This document shows positions 49,201 through 58,296 of a DNA stretch of 64,000 nt, piece by piece. Below the pieces are notes generated by a model, which saw only the letters and a list, made by a program, of their open reading frames with translations, did no database searches and was not told the DNA's origin. Numbering within the stretch: the first letter of the stretch is position 1; each line of letters begins with the position of its first letter. This DNA is from Nitrospirota bacterium (GTDB lineage: Bacteria; Nitrospirota; Thermodesulfovibrionia; Thermodesulfovibrionales; JdFR-86): NCBI GenBank assembly GCA_963721805.1, contig CAVRJY010000002.1:544001-608000 (forward strand). Direction: 5' to 3'. Made by a program: the position numbers and the translations under genes.

Positions 49201-49540
49201 TGACGCCGAGAAGCTCAAGCAGATGCTCAGGAACATCATCGACAACTCGGTCGCGTACTCAGAGGCCGGCGCCTCAATCGACGTCAGCGTGCGGATGGAG
49301 GGCGGGGCGGCCGTCCTGACGGTGCGCGATACGGGATGGGGCATGACGTCCGAGGAACTGGCGCACGCCGGGCAGAAGTTCTTCAGGGGAAAGCGGGCGG
49401 CCGCACGCACCAAGGGGACCGGGCTCGGGCTTTCGATCTGCAGGAGCCTTACCGAGCTTCAGGGCGGCGAGTTCGAAATACAGAGCGCCGAGGGCGAGGG
49501 CACGACCGTCACGGTGCGGATTCCGGGGGCCATGGGATAG
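46274..49540 (+). CDS. Membrane multi-sensor histidine kinase (PAS-PAS-GAF-GAF-PAS-HisKA-HATPase)
   Basis: Two TM segments; VSHEFRTPL, NIIDN, DTGWG, GTGLGL; ATGA overlap with the upstream gene. Confidence 0.88.
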   Translation: MMPMSRISYRFMVLLFVYTLAILIPLSFIVFYDTDMMVHAMEEGAPLTHAQEAIQARGVGKLVDDIISLSFYMAVLAFLVSLFFSRRLFSPLRDLYQSARSLVEGDPDASVSSESMRERCADDFCATFKGLMQSVQRKSASIATKELYLSSMTEPMWVLDEDNAVVEVNDAFTRVFGYPREDVIGALVFDIIDEAGERRLRHRQYDEEVSTAGGQPEPIEVSVISRSEGMVPVLLSETPVMKDGRITGRIGMMTDFRREAALTDAIETEKGYSLALMDSLREQLVVMDRDLRVVRANLAARVAAGGDITAAKCHDIFHAMKDECPLHFEGCPIETVFRTGAPHRCFYELRGGIAGKALAEMSVYPLKNPHTGAVERVVCLLSDVTDRKKFEDEIEKKDRELTALTTISRTLGRSLMAEGVFSEVLDRVIALLGMNGGGIYFIDDTGRELKCQWHRGLSVEFVKTISWIKVGEDIPGAVALSGASLFASDVSADRRTERSSLRHSGIKGYAAVPIRGKERSLGVLFIFSLKPHAFGGDEERLLNSVSEMMGLALENMRLYEKMRSLYEQQRRHRAEEQKNLLDLSGMLSSSVEMKDVLSGCMAIIKSAMKADLVWMLGLSAEGALTLRACTEPIFREGDALYGPEADSIERHAIARRKPVSLNDIVVEDRLQMLPELKGYRFACAIPMFIGDKNYGAFTLYYEMEKRLGEEEMHFLQTVSSVLAVAMERAALYESVILQKGEADAVLESILDGVISASASGVVMAANKAAFRIFEADGRHLVGLGLEEVFGRPAENSELLLNMESGLDDALMGKSGHFEARYVGASGGITPLQIYCWPVSDDRGVIAGVVFVVRDLGMATEVDKMKTDFLRAVSHEFRTPLTAIVGLSEMMLAGEVEGERAQEYLRTIHNEGKRLSNMVSDVLDITRIEGGREVLHPSTVDFSKIFEDLQESYTPAALGRGLNIAFQLQDGAGGFIGDAEKLKQMLRNIIDNSVAYSEAGASIDVSVRMEGGAAVLTVRDTGWGMTSEELAHAGQKFFRGKRAAARTKGTGLGLSICRSLTELQGGEFEIQSAEGEGTTVTVRIPGAMG

Positions 49541-49921
49541 ATGAGCAGGATTGTGGTTATCGACGACGAGCCGTTCATACTCATGATGGTCGGCGACAAG
49601 CTCAAGAAGGCGGGATTTGATGTCACGACCGTGCGCGAGAGCGTCAGGGCGATGGACATAATCCGCTCTCAGAGGCCGGACCTCGTCATCATGGACTGGA
49701 TGATGCCCGAGATCAGCGGGATAGAGCTCTGCCGCGCGATCAAGTCCGACCCCGAACTTACGGACATACCCGTGATCATGCTCACCGCCAAGGGCCAGTC
49801 GGAGGACGAGAGGCTCGGGCTTCGAAGCGGCGTGAACAGGTATATCATCAAGCCCTTCAGCCCCAAGGCCCTGCTTGAGATCGTAAACGAGGAGCTGGGT
49901 AAGGCGACAGGGGAAGCGTAA
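49541..49921 (+). CDS. Single-domain response regulator
   Basis: VVIDDE, MDWMMP, LTA, KPFSP. Confidence 0.92.
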   Translation: MSRIVVIDDEPFILMMVGDKLKKAGFDVTTVRESVRAMDIIRSQRPDLVIMDWMMPEISGIELCRAIKSDPELTDIPVIMLTAKGQSEDERLGLRSGVNRYIIKPFSPKALLEIVNEELGKATGEA

Positions 49922-49926
49922 GCTTT

Positions 49927-51351
49927 TCAGCCCACGTCGTCGAGCGTGCGGACGCGGAGCTTTACTCCGAGGGAATCAGCGAGCGCCCTGCACTTCTGCA
50001 CGTCGACCCCTTCGGCCGTAACCACCGTGGCCTGCACGTTTGGGATATAGCGCGGGGCCTCGCGTATGAAATCTACCACCGCGCGCCATGCGCCCGGATA
50101 CTGCGGCCTGCAAAGGCGGTTATAGGTCTCCTCGTCCTGCGCGTCGAGGCTTATCGAGATCGCATCGACCTTTCCGGCGAGCTCAGGCAGGACGTCGCGG
50201 CCGTGGATGAGGTTGGCCTGCCCGTTGGTGTTGATGCGCACGCGGCCTCCGGCCGCCTTTATCCATCCGGCCAGCTCGATCACCGCGTCGAGCCTTATCG
50301 TCGGCTCTCCGAACCCGCAGAAGACGACCTCTTTGTATTGCGCCGGATCCCCGATGGCGGCCCGCAGCTCATCGGCCGAGGGCTCGCGCCTGAGCTTCAG
50401 GTAGTGGCCCTTGACGTAGTCGGTGGTGTACCGTGCGCAGAACGAGCATACGTTGCTGCAGCGGTTCGTGAGGTTCAGGTACAGGCTGTCGCGTATGCGG
50501 TATGCGATCGTGTCCGTTTCGCATAGCCCGTCGAGGCCGAAGAGCAGCCGGGCATTAAGCGAGGTGATGCGCGCTATGTCCTGCACGCTGATGCCCCTGA
50601 GTTCGGCCACGGCCCTTGCGGTATACGCGACGTATGCGGGCTCGTTGCGCTTGCCGCGCAGGGGCACGGGGGTCAGAAATGGCGCGTCGGTCTCGATCAG
50701 CAGCCGGTCGTCGGGGACGAACGCCGCGACTTCTTTGAGCGCGGCGGACTTGGGGAACGTGACCGGCCCGGCTATCGAGATGTGCAGGCCGATGCCCAGC
50801 ACCTCGCGCGCCATCGCCACGTCTCCGGAGAAGCAGTGCATCACGCCGCGCTCGATCCCGCTTTCGCGGACTATGCGCATCGTGTCCTCGAAGGCCTCGC
50901 GGCTATGGATGATGACAGGCAGATTGAGTTGCTTCGCGAGCGCGAGCTCCGCCGTGAAGACCCGGCGCTGCACGTCGCGCGGCGAGTGGTCGTAGTGGTA
51001 ATCGAGCCCGCACTCGCCTATCGCGACTGCCTTGGGATGGGAGGCCCACCCGATCATATCGGCGTGGAATGCGTCGTCATAGCTCTTGGCGTCGTGGGGG
51101 TGGAGCCCTACGCTGAAGTAGATCTCGGGATGGGCCTCGGCCAGCGCGAGTATGGCCGGGTTGCTTGCGGGGTCGGAGGCTATAGAGATCATCCGCGTGA
51201 GGCCGGAATCGAGCGCGCGCCGGATCACGTCCTCGCGGTCAGCCCCGAACTGCTCCATCTCGAGGTGGCAGTGCGTGTCGATTAATCCCTCCACTATAGT
51301 GGAGGGCGGCAGACCTTCGCCTTTGAGCGAAGAGTGCGAAGGCTCAGGCAC
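49927..51351 (-). CDS. tatD: TatD-family nuclease fused to a radical SAM domain
   Basis: DTHCH, GLHPH, GECGLD, IHSR, MHCFSG, ETDAPFL, then YLNLTNRCSNVCSFC, FCGFGEP, NTNG. Confidence 0.9.
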   Translation of the reverse strand: MPEPSHSSLKGEGLPPSTIVEGLIDTHCHLEMEQFGADREDVIRRALDSGLTRMISIASDPASNPAILALAEAHPEIYFSVGLHPHDAKSYDDAFHADMIGWASHPKAVAIGECGLDYHYDHSPRDVQRRVFTAELALAKQLNLPVIIHSREAFEDTMRIVRESGIERGVMHCFSGDVAMAREVLGIGLHISIAGPVTFPKSAALKEVAAFVPDDRLLIETDAPFLTPVPLRGKRNEPAYVAYTARAVAELRGISVQDIARITSLNARLLFGLDGLCETDTIAYRIRDSLYLNLTNRCSNVCSFCARYTTDYVKGHYLKLRREPSADELRAAIGDPAQYKEVVFCGFGEPTIRLDAVIELAGWIKAAGGRVRINTNGQANLIHGRDVLPELAGKVDAISISLDAQDEETYNRLCRPQYPGAWRAVVDFIREAPRYIPNVQATVVTAEGVDVQKCRALADSLGVKLRVRTLDDVG

Positions 51352-52567
51352 CGTACTTGTTCAGTCTGCCGGCGTTGGCCATCGCAAGCGGCATGATCGC
51401 CTTGCCGGGGAATATGCCGAGCTCACCGCGCGTGCAGGCCCGCTCGTGGAATGCGTCGCATGTGCCGCCGAGCACGTAGCGTGAATGTATCATGACCGGC
51501 ACCGGGTGCCAGCTGTGGGCCCTCATCATCGCGGGCGTGGAGTGGTCGCCGCTGATCACGAGCACGTCGGGCTTGAGCGCCAGTATTTCGGGTATGATCT
51601 TGTCGACATCGGCGATTTTACCAGATTTGGCATCGAAGTTCCCGTCCTCGCCATACGAGTCAACTTTCTTTATATGTACGAAGAAAAAGTCGTAATCGTT
51701 AAAGCTTTTCTTTAAGAGTTCGAGCTCCTCCGGGATGTCTCCGGCGAGGTCCGGGGCGTGCATCCCGACGAGTTTTGCGACCCCGCGGTACATCGGATAG
51801 GCCGCTATGGCGAGCGCGCGGAGCCCGTATGCCTCCTCGAATGAGGGCATCTTGGGCTTCTGGGCGAAGCCCCGGCAGAGGATATAGTTCGCGCGCGCCT
51901 CATTCTTAAGGATTTCGTCCACGCGGGCCGCGAGCTTCCTGGCCACGTCGATGACAGGTGCTGCCGCCGCATTATCGGACTGGGGCTCGAGCGGGGCCTT
52001 GCCCTCTTTCTGCGGGTCTGTGTCGTTGATCTGATCCGCCCCGTGGGCAAGGGGTTTGGGGAAGCGCATCCGCACCGCAAAGCGGTGCTCCATGCCCGGG
52101 GCGAAGGTGATCTCGGCATCGTCGATGCGGGTGATTTCCTTTTGCAGCCGCAGGGTGATCTCTCGGCTCTGGGCGGTCGGGATGCGTCCGGCGCGGCGGT
52201 CCACGATCAGGCCGTCCTTTATGGTCGAATAATTGCACCTAAGCGCGATATCGTTATGGTTAATGTCCATCCCAAGGCCAAGGGCCTCGAGGATGCCTCG
52301 GCCGATCTGGTGTTCCTTGGGATCGTAGCCGAACAGTGCGAGGTGTCCCGGGCCGCTTCCGGGCGTGATGCCGATGTCCACCGGCAGCTGGAGCCCGCAG
52401 GCCGAGACGCGGGCCAGGGCGTCGAGGTTAGGGGTATGGGCCGCTTCCAGTTCGGTCTTGCCCTTGTTCGGGCCGTCCGTGGCGGGCAGCCCGCCGAGGC
52501 CGTCCATCACGAGCAGGACGATCTTCGAGCTGTTTTTGGCGATGAGGCCGTGGATTAAATTTTGCAT
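51344..52567 (-). CDS. apgM: 2,3-bisphosphoglycerate-independent phosphoglycerate mutase (ApgM type)
   Basis: MDGLGG, TELEAAHTPNLD, TPGSGPGHLALFGY, DRRAGRI, GDHSTP, HSWHPVP. Confidence 0.92.
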   Translation of the reverse strand: MQNLIHGLIAKNSSKIVLLVMDGLGGLPATDGPNKGKTELEAAHTPNLDALARVSACGLQLPVDIGITPGSGPGHLALFGYDPKEHQIGRGILEALGLGMDINHNDIALRCNYSTIKDGLIVDRRAGRIPTAQSREITLRLQKEITRIDDAEITFAPGMEHRFAVRMRFPKPLAHGADQINDTDPQKEGKAPLEPQSDNAAAAPVIDVARKLAARVDEILKNEARANYILCRGFAQKPKMPSFEEAYGLRALAIAAYPMYRGVAKLVGMHAPDLAGDIPEELELLKKSFNDYDFFFVHIKKVDSYGEDGNFDAKSGKIADVDKIIPEILALKPDVLVISGDHSTPAMMRAHSWHPVPVMIHSRYVLGGTCDAFHERACTRGELGIFPGKAIMPLAMANAGRLNKYGA

Positions 52568-52730
52568 TGTTGAAATATAGCTCAACGCGCCGGATTTTGC
52601 AAGGAACCGCCGTATTGCCTTGAAAAAGAAGCCCAAAGAGTGTAAATTAATAGTCTGTGTCACACAAGTGCGTACCCGTTTATAACTTGCCAATAAGCGC
52701 AAAGACATAGATATCGGGAGGAATTAAAAC

Positions 52731-53306
52731 ATGTCTGCAATGGTCGAGATCAGATGGCATGGAAGGGGAGGGCAGGGCACAGTAACCGCGGCCAAGGTAC
52801 TCGCGGATGCGTGCCTCAGCGGCGGACGCCACGTTCAGGCCTTCCCGGAGTACGGTCCCGAAAGGGCCGGGGCTCCGCTTAAGGCGTATAACCGCATCAG
52901 CGACAAGGTCCTGCGCATGCACTGCCCCGTGATCGCCCCCCAGGTGGTCGGCGTGGTGGACGCAACACTCCTCGACGCGATAAACGTCGCCGAGGGCGCG
53001 ACCGACGACGCGGTATTCGTTATCAACACGACGAAGTCACCGGCCGAGATCCGCGCAAAGCTCAAGGCCAAGCCCACGCAGAGGGTCATCACCGTCGACG
53101 CCTCGAAGATCGCCATCGACTGCTTCGGCCGCGCGATGCCTAACTCCCCGATGCTCGGCGCCGTCAACATGGCGACCAAGCTCGTCTCGCTCGAGCACCT
53201 GCTCGAGGACGTCAAGAACAGCTTCGGCAAGAAGTTTTCCCAGAAAATTATCGATGGCAACCTGGAGGCTGTCAGAAGAGGATATTCGGAGGTACACGAA
53301 GGGTGA
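52731..53306 (+). CDS. porC: Pyruvate/2-oxoacid:ferredoxin oxidoreductase gamma subunit
   Basis: EIRWHGRGGQG, FPEYGPERAGAP. Confidence 0.92.
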   Translation: MSAMVEIRWHGRGGQGTVTAAKVLADACLSGGRHVQAFPEYGPERAGAPLKAYNRISDKVLRMHCPVIAPQVVGVVDATLLDAINVAEGATDDAVFVINTTKSPAEIRAKLKAKPTQRVITVDASKIAIDCFGRAMPNSPMLGAVNMATKLVSLEHLLEDVKNSFGKKFSQKIIDGNLEAVRRGYSEVHEG

Positions 53307-53590
53307 AAAAGTGGCAAGAACTCACGCCCGGCGCGGTTTGCACCGAGGCCGGAAGCTCGGCAAAGTTCAAGACCGGCTCTTGGAGGGCCTTCAGGCCGGT
53401 ATGGAAAGAGGAAAACTGCATACAGTGCATGTTCTGCTGGATCTACTGCCCGGACATGGCCATAAAGGTCAAGGACGGCAAGCGCGAGCAGTTCGATTAT
53501 GACTATTGCAAGGGCTGCGGCATATGCGCCCTGGAGTGCCCCGGCAAAAAGGGCGTCAAGGCGATAGTCATGGTGGAGGAGGGGAAATAG
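53303..53590 (+). CDS. porD: Pyruvate/2-oxoacid:ferredoxin oxidoreductase delta subunit
   Basis: TGSWR, CIQCMFCWIYCP, YCKGCGICALECP. Confidence 0.93.
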   Translation: MKKWQELTPGAVCTEAGSSAKFKTGSWRAFRPVWKEENCIQCMFCWIYCPDMAIKVKDGKREQFDYDYCKGCGICALECPGKKGVKAIVMVEEGK

Positions 53591-53591
53591 C

Positions 53592-54782
53592 ATGGCCCAG
53601 ACCAAGGCAAAGACAGTAGCGGTAACAGGCAACGAGGCCGTGGCCAATGCGCTCAGGCAGGTCAACCCCGACGTATGCCCGATGTACCCGATCACCCCCT
53701 CGACCGACATAGCGCAGCGCTTCGCGAGCTACGTCAACAACGGCAAGGTCGACACCGAACTCATACTGGTCGAGAGCGAGCACAGCGCGATGTCCGCCTG
53801 CATCGGAGCATCGGCCGCCGGAGGGCGAGTCATCACGACGACCTCCTCTCAGGGGTTGGCCCTCATGTGGGAGATGCTCCATATCGCGGCCGGATACGGC
53901 CTGCCGATAGTGATGCCGGTCGTAAACCGCGCTCTGGCCGCGCCGCTTAACATCCACGGCGACCACTCAGACGGCATGGGCATCCGCGACACCGGCTGGA
54001 TACAGCTCTGGAGCGAAAACGCCCAGGACGCCTACGACAACGCGATCATGGCCTTCCGCATCGCGGAGCACAAGGACATATACCTGCCGATCACGGTCAA
54101 CCTCGACGGCTTCATCATCAGCCATTCGATAGAGACGATGCAGTATCTTGAGGACGAGCAGGTCAAGACGTTCGTCGGGGGCTTCACGCCTCGCTATCCG
54201 CTGCTGGACCTCGATAAGCCCGTAAGCTACGGTCCCCTCATCCTGACCGACCTTTACCACGAATACAAGCGCCTCCAGCACGAGGTCATGGGCCGCGTGA
54301 AGAAAGTCGTGCTCGACGTATCGGCCGAGTTCGCGAAGATGTCCGGCCGCTCCTATGGCCTGTTTGACAGCTACAGGATGGAGGACGCCGAGCTCGGTAT
54401 GGTCATCATGGGTTCTGCCGCAGGGACAACGAAGGACGTCATCGACGAACTGCGCGACAAGGGCGTCAAGGCCGGACTCATACGGCCCCGCCTGTTCAGG
54501 CCTTTCCCTTACACCGAGGTCGCCGATGCGATCAAGCACTGCAAGGCGGTATGCGTGATGGACCGCGCCGACTCGTACGGCGGCATGGGCCCGCTGTTTA
54601 TGGAGGTAAGCTCGGCCCTCTACCAGGCCGACAAGCGCCCGGCGCTCATTAACAAGATATACGGCCTCGGCGGCCGCGACTACATGCCCTCGCAGGGCTT
54701 CGAGGTATTCGCCGAGCTTTCTGACATCGCCAAGGGCGGCAAGATAAAGCTAGTCAAGGACTATATAGGAGTGAGGCAATAA
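53592..54782 (+). CDS. porA: Pyruvate/2-oxoacid:ferredoxin oxidoreductase alpha subunit
   Basis: GNEAVA, YPITP, ESEHSAMS, TSSQG, NRAL, DHSD, GLGGRD. Confidence 0.93.
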   Translation: MAQTKAKTVAVTGNEAVANALRQVNPDVCPMYPITPSTDIAQRFASYVNNGKVDTELILVESEHSAMSACIGASAAGGRVITTTSSQGLALMWEMLHIAAGYGLPIVMPVVNRALAAPLNIHGDHSDGMGIRDTGWIQLWSENAQDAYDNAIMAFRIAEHKDIYLPITVNLDGFIISHSIETMQYLEDEQVKTFVGGFTPRYPLLDLDKPVSYGPLILTDLYHEYKRLQHEVMGRVKKVVLDVSAEFAKMSGRSYGLFDSYRMEDAELGMVIMGSAAGTTKDVIDELRDKGVKAGLIRPRLFRPFPYTEVADAIKHCKAVCVMDRADSYGGMGPLFMEVSSALYQADKRPALINKIYGLGGRDYMPSQGFEVFAELSDIAKGGKIKLVKDYIGVRQ

Positions 54783-54784
54783 CC

Positions 54785-55759
54785 ATGATGATATCCCCTG
54801 AAACCGCATCCCCGCTTCGCTTAAAGGAGCTTTCGAAGGTTCCCGTAAACCTGTTCCAGCACGGCCACAGGATGTGCTCGGGCTGTGGCGCGCCGATCAT
54901 CGTAAAGATGGTCCTGATGGCCTCTGAGTATCCGCTGGTCGCGGCGAACGCCACCGGCTGCCTCGAGGTTTCGAGCTGCATCAGCGAGTTCACGGCATGG
55001 AACATCCCGTGGATACACTCCGCGTTTGAAAACGCCGCGGCCACGCTCAGCGGCGTCGAGACGATGTACCGCCTCTGGAAGAAGAAAGGCCGCACGGACA
55101 AGAAGATAAAGTTCGTCGCGTTCGGCGGCGACGGCGGCACCTACGACATCGGGTTTCAGTCGCTCTCAGGCGCGATGGAACGCGGCCACGACATCGTATA
55201 CGTCTGCTACGACAACGGCGCGTACATGAACACCGGCATACAGCGCTCGAGCGCGACGCCATACGGTGCGGACACCACGACCTGCCCGGCCGGGAGCGTC
55301 GTGCACGGCAAGCCCCAAAACCGCAAGGACCTCACGCGCATCATGGCCGCGCATAACATCCCGTATGCCGCGCAGGCCTCGCCGAGCAACTGGCTCGACC
55401 TGATGAAGAAGGCAAGGAAGGCTTTCGCGGTCGACGGCCCCGCGTTCATTAACGTGATCTCGCCCTGCAACAGGGGCTGGCGGTCACAGACCAACGACGC
55501 TATCGCCCTGACCAGGCTCGCGGTCGAGACCTGCTACTGGCCGCTCTACGAGGTAGAGAACGGCGAGGTCCATATCACCGCGAGGCCGAAGGAGAAAAAG
55601 CCCCTGGTAGATTTCCTCAAGCCCCAGGGCCGCTTCAAGCACCTCTTCGCGCCCGAGAACGAGGGCATGCTGGTGCAGTTCCAGGCAGCGGTCGACCGCG
55701 AGTGGGATAGGCTCCAGCGCGAGGCCGTGGACGTGAAAGCCGCCGGCGAGACCAAGTAG
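54785..55759 (+). CDS. porB: Pyruvate/2-oxoacid:ferredoxin oxidoreductase beta subunit
   Basis: GHRMCSGCG, TGC, GGDGG..YDNGAYMNTGIQRS (TPP binding), SPC. Confidence 0.93.
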   Translation: MMISPETASPLRLKELSKVPVNLFQHGHRMCSGCGAPIIVKMVLMASEYPLVAANATGCLEVSSCISEFTAWNIPWIHSAFENAAATLSGVETMYRLWKKKGRTDKKIKFVAFGGDGGTYDIGFQSLSGAMERGHDIVYVCYDNGAYMNTGIQRSSATPYGADTTTCPAGSVVHGKPQNRKDLTRIMAAHNIPYAAQASPSNWLDLMKKARKAFAVDGPAFINVISPCNRGWRSQTNDAIALTRLAVETCYWPLYEVENGEVHITARPKEKKPLVDFLKPQGRFKHLFAPENEGMLVQFQAAVDREWDRLQREAVDVKAAGETK

Positions 55760-55764
55760 GGCGG

Positions 55765-56259
55765 ATGGCCGGCTTTGACCTGATAATGTACGAGGAGGAG
55801 TTCCGCCGGATCGAGGCGGAACTCCAAAACCTCAAGAAGCAGGCCAACGCCTCGGTCGTATTTCTGGTGGACAAAAACGGCCAGCTCATAGCCTCGGCCG
55901 GCGACACGCAAAACGTCGACACCACCTCTCTGGCGTCGCTCACTGCCGGCAACATCGCGGCCACCGGAGGCATAGCCAAGCTGCTCGGGGAGAAAGAGTT
56001 CACGATCCTGTTTCACGAGGGCGAGAAGGACAACATCCACATATCGCTAATCGGCCAGCGGGTGATACTGGTCGTGATCTTCGACAAGGGAGCGTCGATC
56101 GGGCTCGTGAGGCTCAGGGTCAAGAAGGTCACCGAATCCCTGACGAAGATATTTGAGACCATCGCATCAAAGGCCGAGGCCGGCTCCACCGCGGCCGGAG
56201 CGTCCGAATCGCTGTTTTCCGAGATCAGCGACGAGGACATAGACAACCTCTTCCGGTAG
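55765..56259 (+). CDS. mglB: Roadblock-domain GAP MglB
   Basis: MYEEEF, FLVDKNGQLIA, TTSLASLTAGNIAATGGIAKL, GLVRLRVKK, C-terminal EISDEDIDNLF. Confidence 0.92.
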   Translation: MAGFDLIMYEEEFRRIEAELQNLKKQANASVVFLVDKNGQLIASAGDTQNVDTTSLASLTAGNIAATGGIAKLLGEKEFTILFHEGEKDNIHISLIGQRVILVVIFDKGASIGLVRLRVKKVTESLTKIFETIASKAEAGSTAAGASESLFSEISDEDIDNLFR

Positions 56260-56264
56260 GCGCC

Positions 56265-56852
56265 ATGTCCTTCATCAATTATCCGGCCAGGGAGATCAAC
56301 TGCAAGATCGTGTACTACGGTCCGGGGCTCTGCGGAAAAACGACCAACCTGCAGTACATCTACAAGCGCACGGGCGAGGCCCAGAAGGGCAAGATGATCT
56401 CGCTTGCCACCGAGACCGAGCGCACGCTGTTTTTCGATTTCCTCCCGCTCGCGCTCGGGGAGCTTAAGGGTTTCAAGGTCCGCTTCCACCTATACACCGT
56501 GCCGGGGCAGGTATTCTACGCCGCGAGCCGCAAGCTGATACTCAAGGGCGTCGACGGCGTGGTATTCGTCGCCGACAGCCAGATCGAGCGCACCGAGGCC
56601 AACATGGAGAGCCTCGATGACCTCAATTACAATCTCGAGGAGCATGGTTTCGAGCTTGAGAAGATGCCTTTCACGATGCAATACAACAAGCGCGACCTCC
56701 CGAACGTCGTGCCTGTCGAGGAATTAAACACGCTCCTAAACCCGCGCGCCGTGCCAAATTTCTCCGCGATAGCGAACTCCGGCCCGGGCGTGTTTGAGAC
56801 CCTCAAGGACGTTGCCCGGCAGGTAATCATGGAGCTTAAGCGCAACTATTAG
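56265..56852 (+). CDS. mglA: Small GTPase MglA
   Basis: MSFINY..KIVYYGPGLCGKTTN, ERTLFFDFLP, YTVPGQ, NKRD. Confidence 0.95.
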   Translation: MSFINYPAREINCKIVYYGPGLCGKTTNLQYIYKRTGEAQKGKMISLATETERTLFFDFLPLALGELKGFKVRFHLYTVPGQVFYAASRKLILKGVDGVVFVADSQIERTEANMESLDDLNYNLEEHGFELEKMPFTMQYNKRDLPNVVPVEELNTLLNPRAVPNFSAIANSGPGVFETLKDVARQVIMELKRNY

Positions 56853-56905
56853 GCCTTCGTCCCGGCGGCATGCGCCGATTCGGGAATGCGCGAGAGCCCT
56901 CCCTA

Positions 56906-57196
56906 CTATTGACTGTCCGGCTGCATCTCCGCGAGTTCGGCTGCGATGCGCTCCAGCGCATCATCATCGGCTTGGGTAGTGCTGCCGCTGATCTCGAACA
57001 TAATGGTCACGGCCTCTCGGAACTCCTCCTTAAGCGCATGGAACTCTCCCATGCCGTCGCAGCCCCTCTGCCGGCTCTTGGCCATCAGATAGACGCGCGC
57101 ATACTCCCCGGCGTTCTCGGTCGCGCGCCTGAGGGCATCGCCCTGCGCCCGGGCATCGCCAAGCGCCCGGATATCGAGCAATTCATTGCCTGCCAT
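56906..57196 (-). CDS. Hypothetical protein, 96 aa
   Basis: GAAGGAGGG RBS before ATG; fills the gap between mglA and the GT2 gene. Confidence 0.65.
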   Translation of the reverse strand: MAGNELLDIRALGDARAQGDALRRATENAGEYARVYLMAKSRQRGCDGMGEFHALKEEFREAVTIMFEISGSTTQADDDALERIAAELAEMQPDSQ

Positions 57197-57321
57197 AATC
57201 CCTCCTTCGCACGCTATGCCCCTTAGACGAGAGGAATGACGAAAAGGATACATCGAGGCTATCTGGAAGGCGCGCATGCCCTTGCGTGCGGGGCTGTCGT
57301 TGTGTTACCTTGCCATTAGCC

Positions 57322-58296
57322 ATGTCGAGCCCCGAAAACCCAATGGTCTCTGTAATAATCCCCAACCGAAACGGGGCTGCGACGGTCGGGCTGTGCCTCG
57401 ACGCGCTCGAGCGCTCCGGCTACCCCTCGTTCGAGGTGATAGTGGCCGACGACTGCTCAGATGACGCATCGCCGGAGATAATCCAGAGCCACCGCTGCAT
57501 GCTCATACGCCTCAGTCCGCAGCGTGGCGCGGGCGCCGCGCGCAATGCCGGGGCGGCCGCCGCATCCGGCGATGTCCTGCTGTTCATCGACTCCGACTGT
57601 CTCGTGCTGCCCGATACGATATCCACGGCGGCCCGGCTCTACCGCGCACACCCCGGCGACGCGGTAGGCGGCACGTATACCCCGATGCCCCATGACCGCG
57701 ACTTCTTCAGCGTGTTCCAGTCGGTCTACATCAACTATCACGAGACGCGCGCGGCCGCTCCGGATTACGTCGCCTCGCACGCACTCGTTATAGGCCGCGA
57801 TACATTCCTCAAAAGCGGAGGCTTCCCCGAGAGCTTCCTGCCGATCATCGAGGACGTGGAGTTCAGCCACAGGCTCAGGCGCACGGGCGTGGCGCTCAGG
57901 GCCGCGCCGGAGCTCATGGTGCGGCATGTCTTCAGGTTCACGCTCAAGCGGTCGATCAGGAACGCCTACCGCAAATCTAAGTACTGGACGATGTACTCGC
58001 TTAACAACCGCGACCTGCACAGCGACTCCGGCACCGCATCGCGCGGACTTAAGCTCGACGCCCTGTGCTGGTGCGCCTGCGCGGCGATGCTCGCCGGGCG
58101 ATGGTATGCGGCTTCAGCGGCTGTCGCCGTGATAAACGCGTACGTCAACCGCGGGCTTCTGCGCAGCTTCTTCAGGTTCGGCTGCGCATGGTTCGGCATG
58201 CGGGCGGCGCTCTACTATCTCGCTGTATACCCGGTCCCGGTGGGGCTCGGGGGGATCATGGGGCTCATCGGGAGGCGGCCGTGCACTCCGCGCTGA
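57322..58296 (+). CDS. Family 2 glycosyltransferase with hydrophobic C-terminus
   Basis: VSVIIP, EVIVADDCSDD, GAGAARNAG, FIDSD, GGFPE..EDVEFSHRL. Confidence 0.85.
   Translation: MSSPENPMVSVIIPNRNGAATVGLCLDALERSGYPSFEVIVADDCSDDASPEIIQSHRCMLIRLSPQRGAGAARNAGAAAASGDVLLFIDSDCLVLPDTISTAARLYRAHPGDAVGGTYTPMPHDRDFFSVFQSVYINYHETRAAAPDYVASHALVIGRDTFLKSGGFPESFLPIIEDVEFSHRLRRTGVALRAAPELMVRHVFRFTLKRSIRNAYRKSKYWTMYSLNNRDLHSDSGTASRGLKLDALCWCACAAMLAGRWYAASAAVAVINAYVNRGLLRSFFRFGCAWFGMRAALYYLAVYPVPVGLGGIMGLIGRRPCTPR

Noticed and set aside
52655..52667. TGTGTCACACA near-palindrome upstream of the por operon as a CRP/FNR site
   Set aside because: The spacing does not match TGTGA-N6-TCACA or TTGAT-N4-ATCAA, and it is too short to support.
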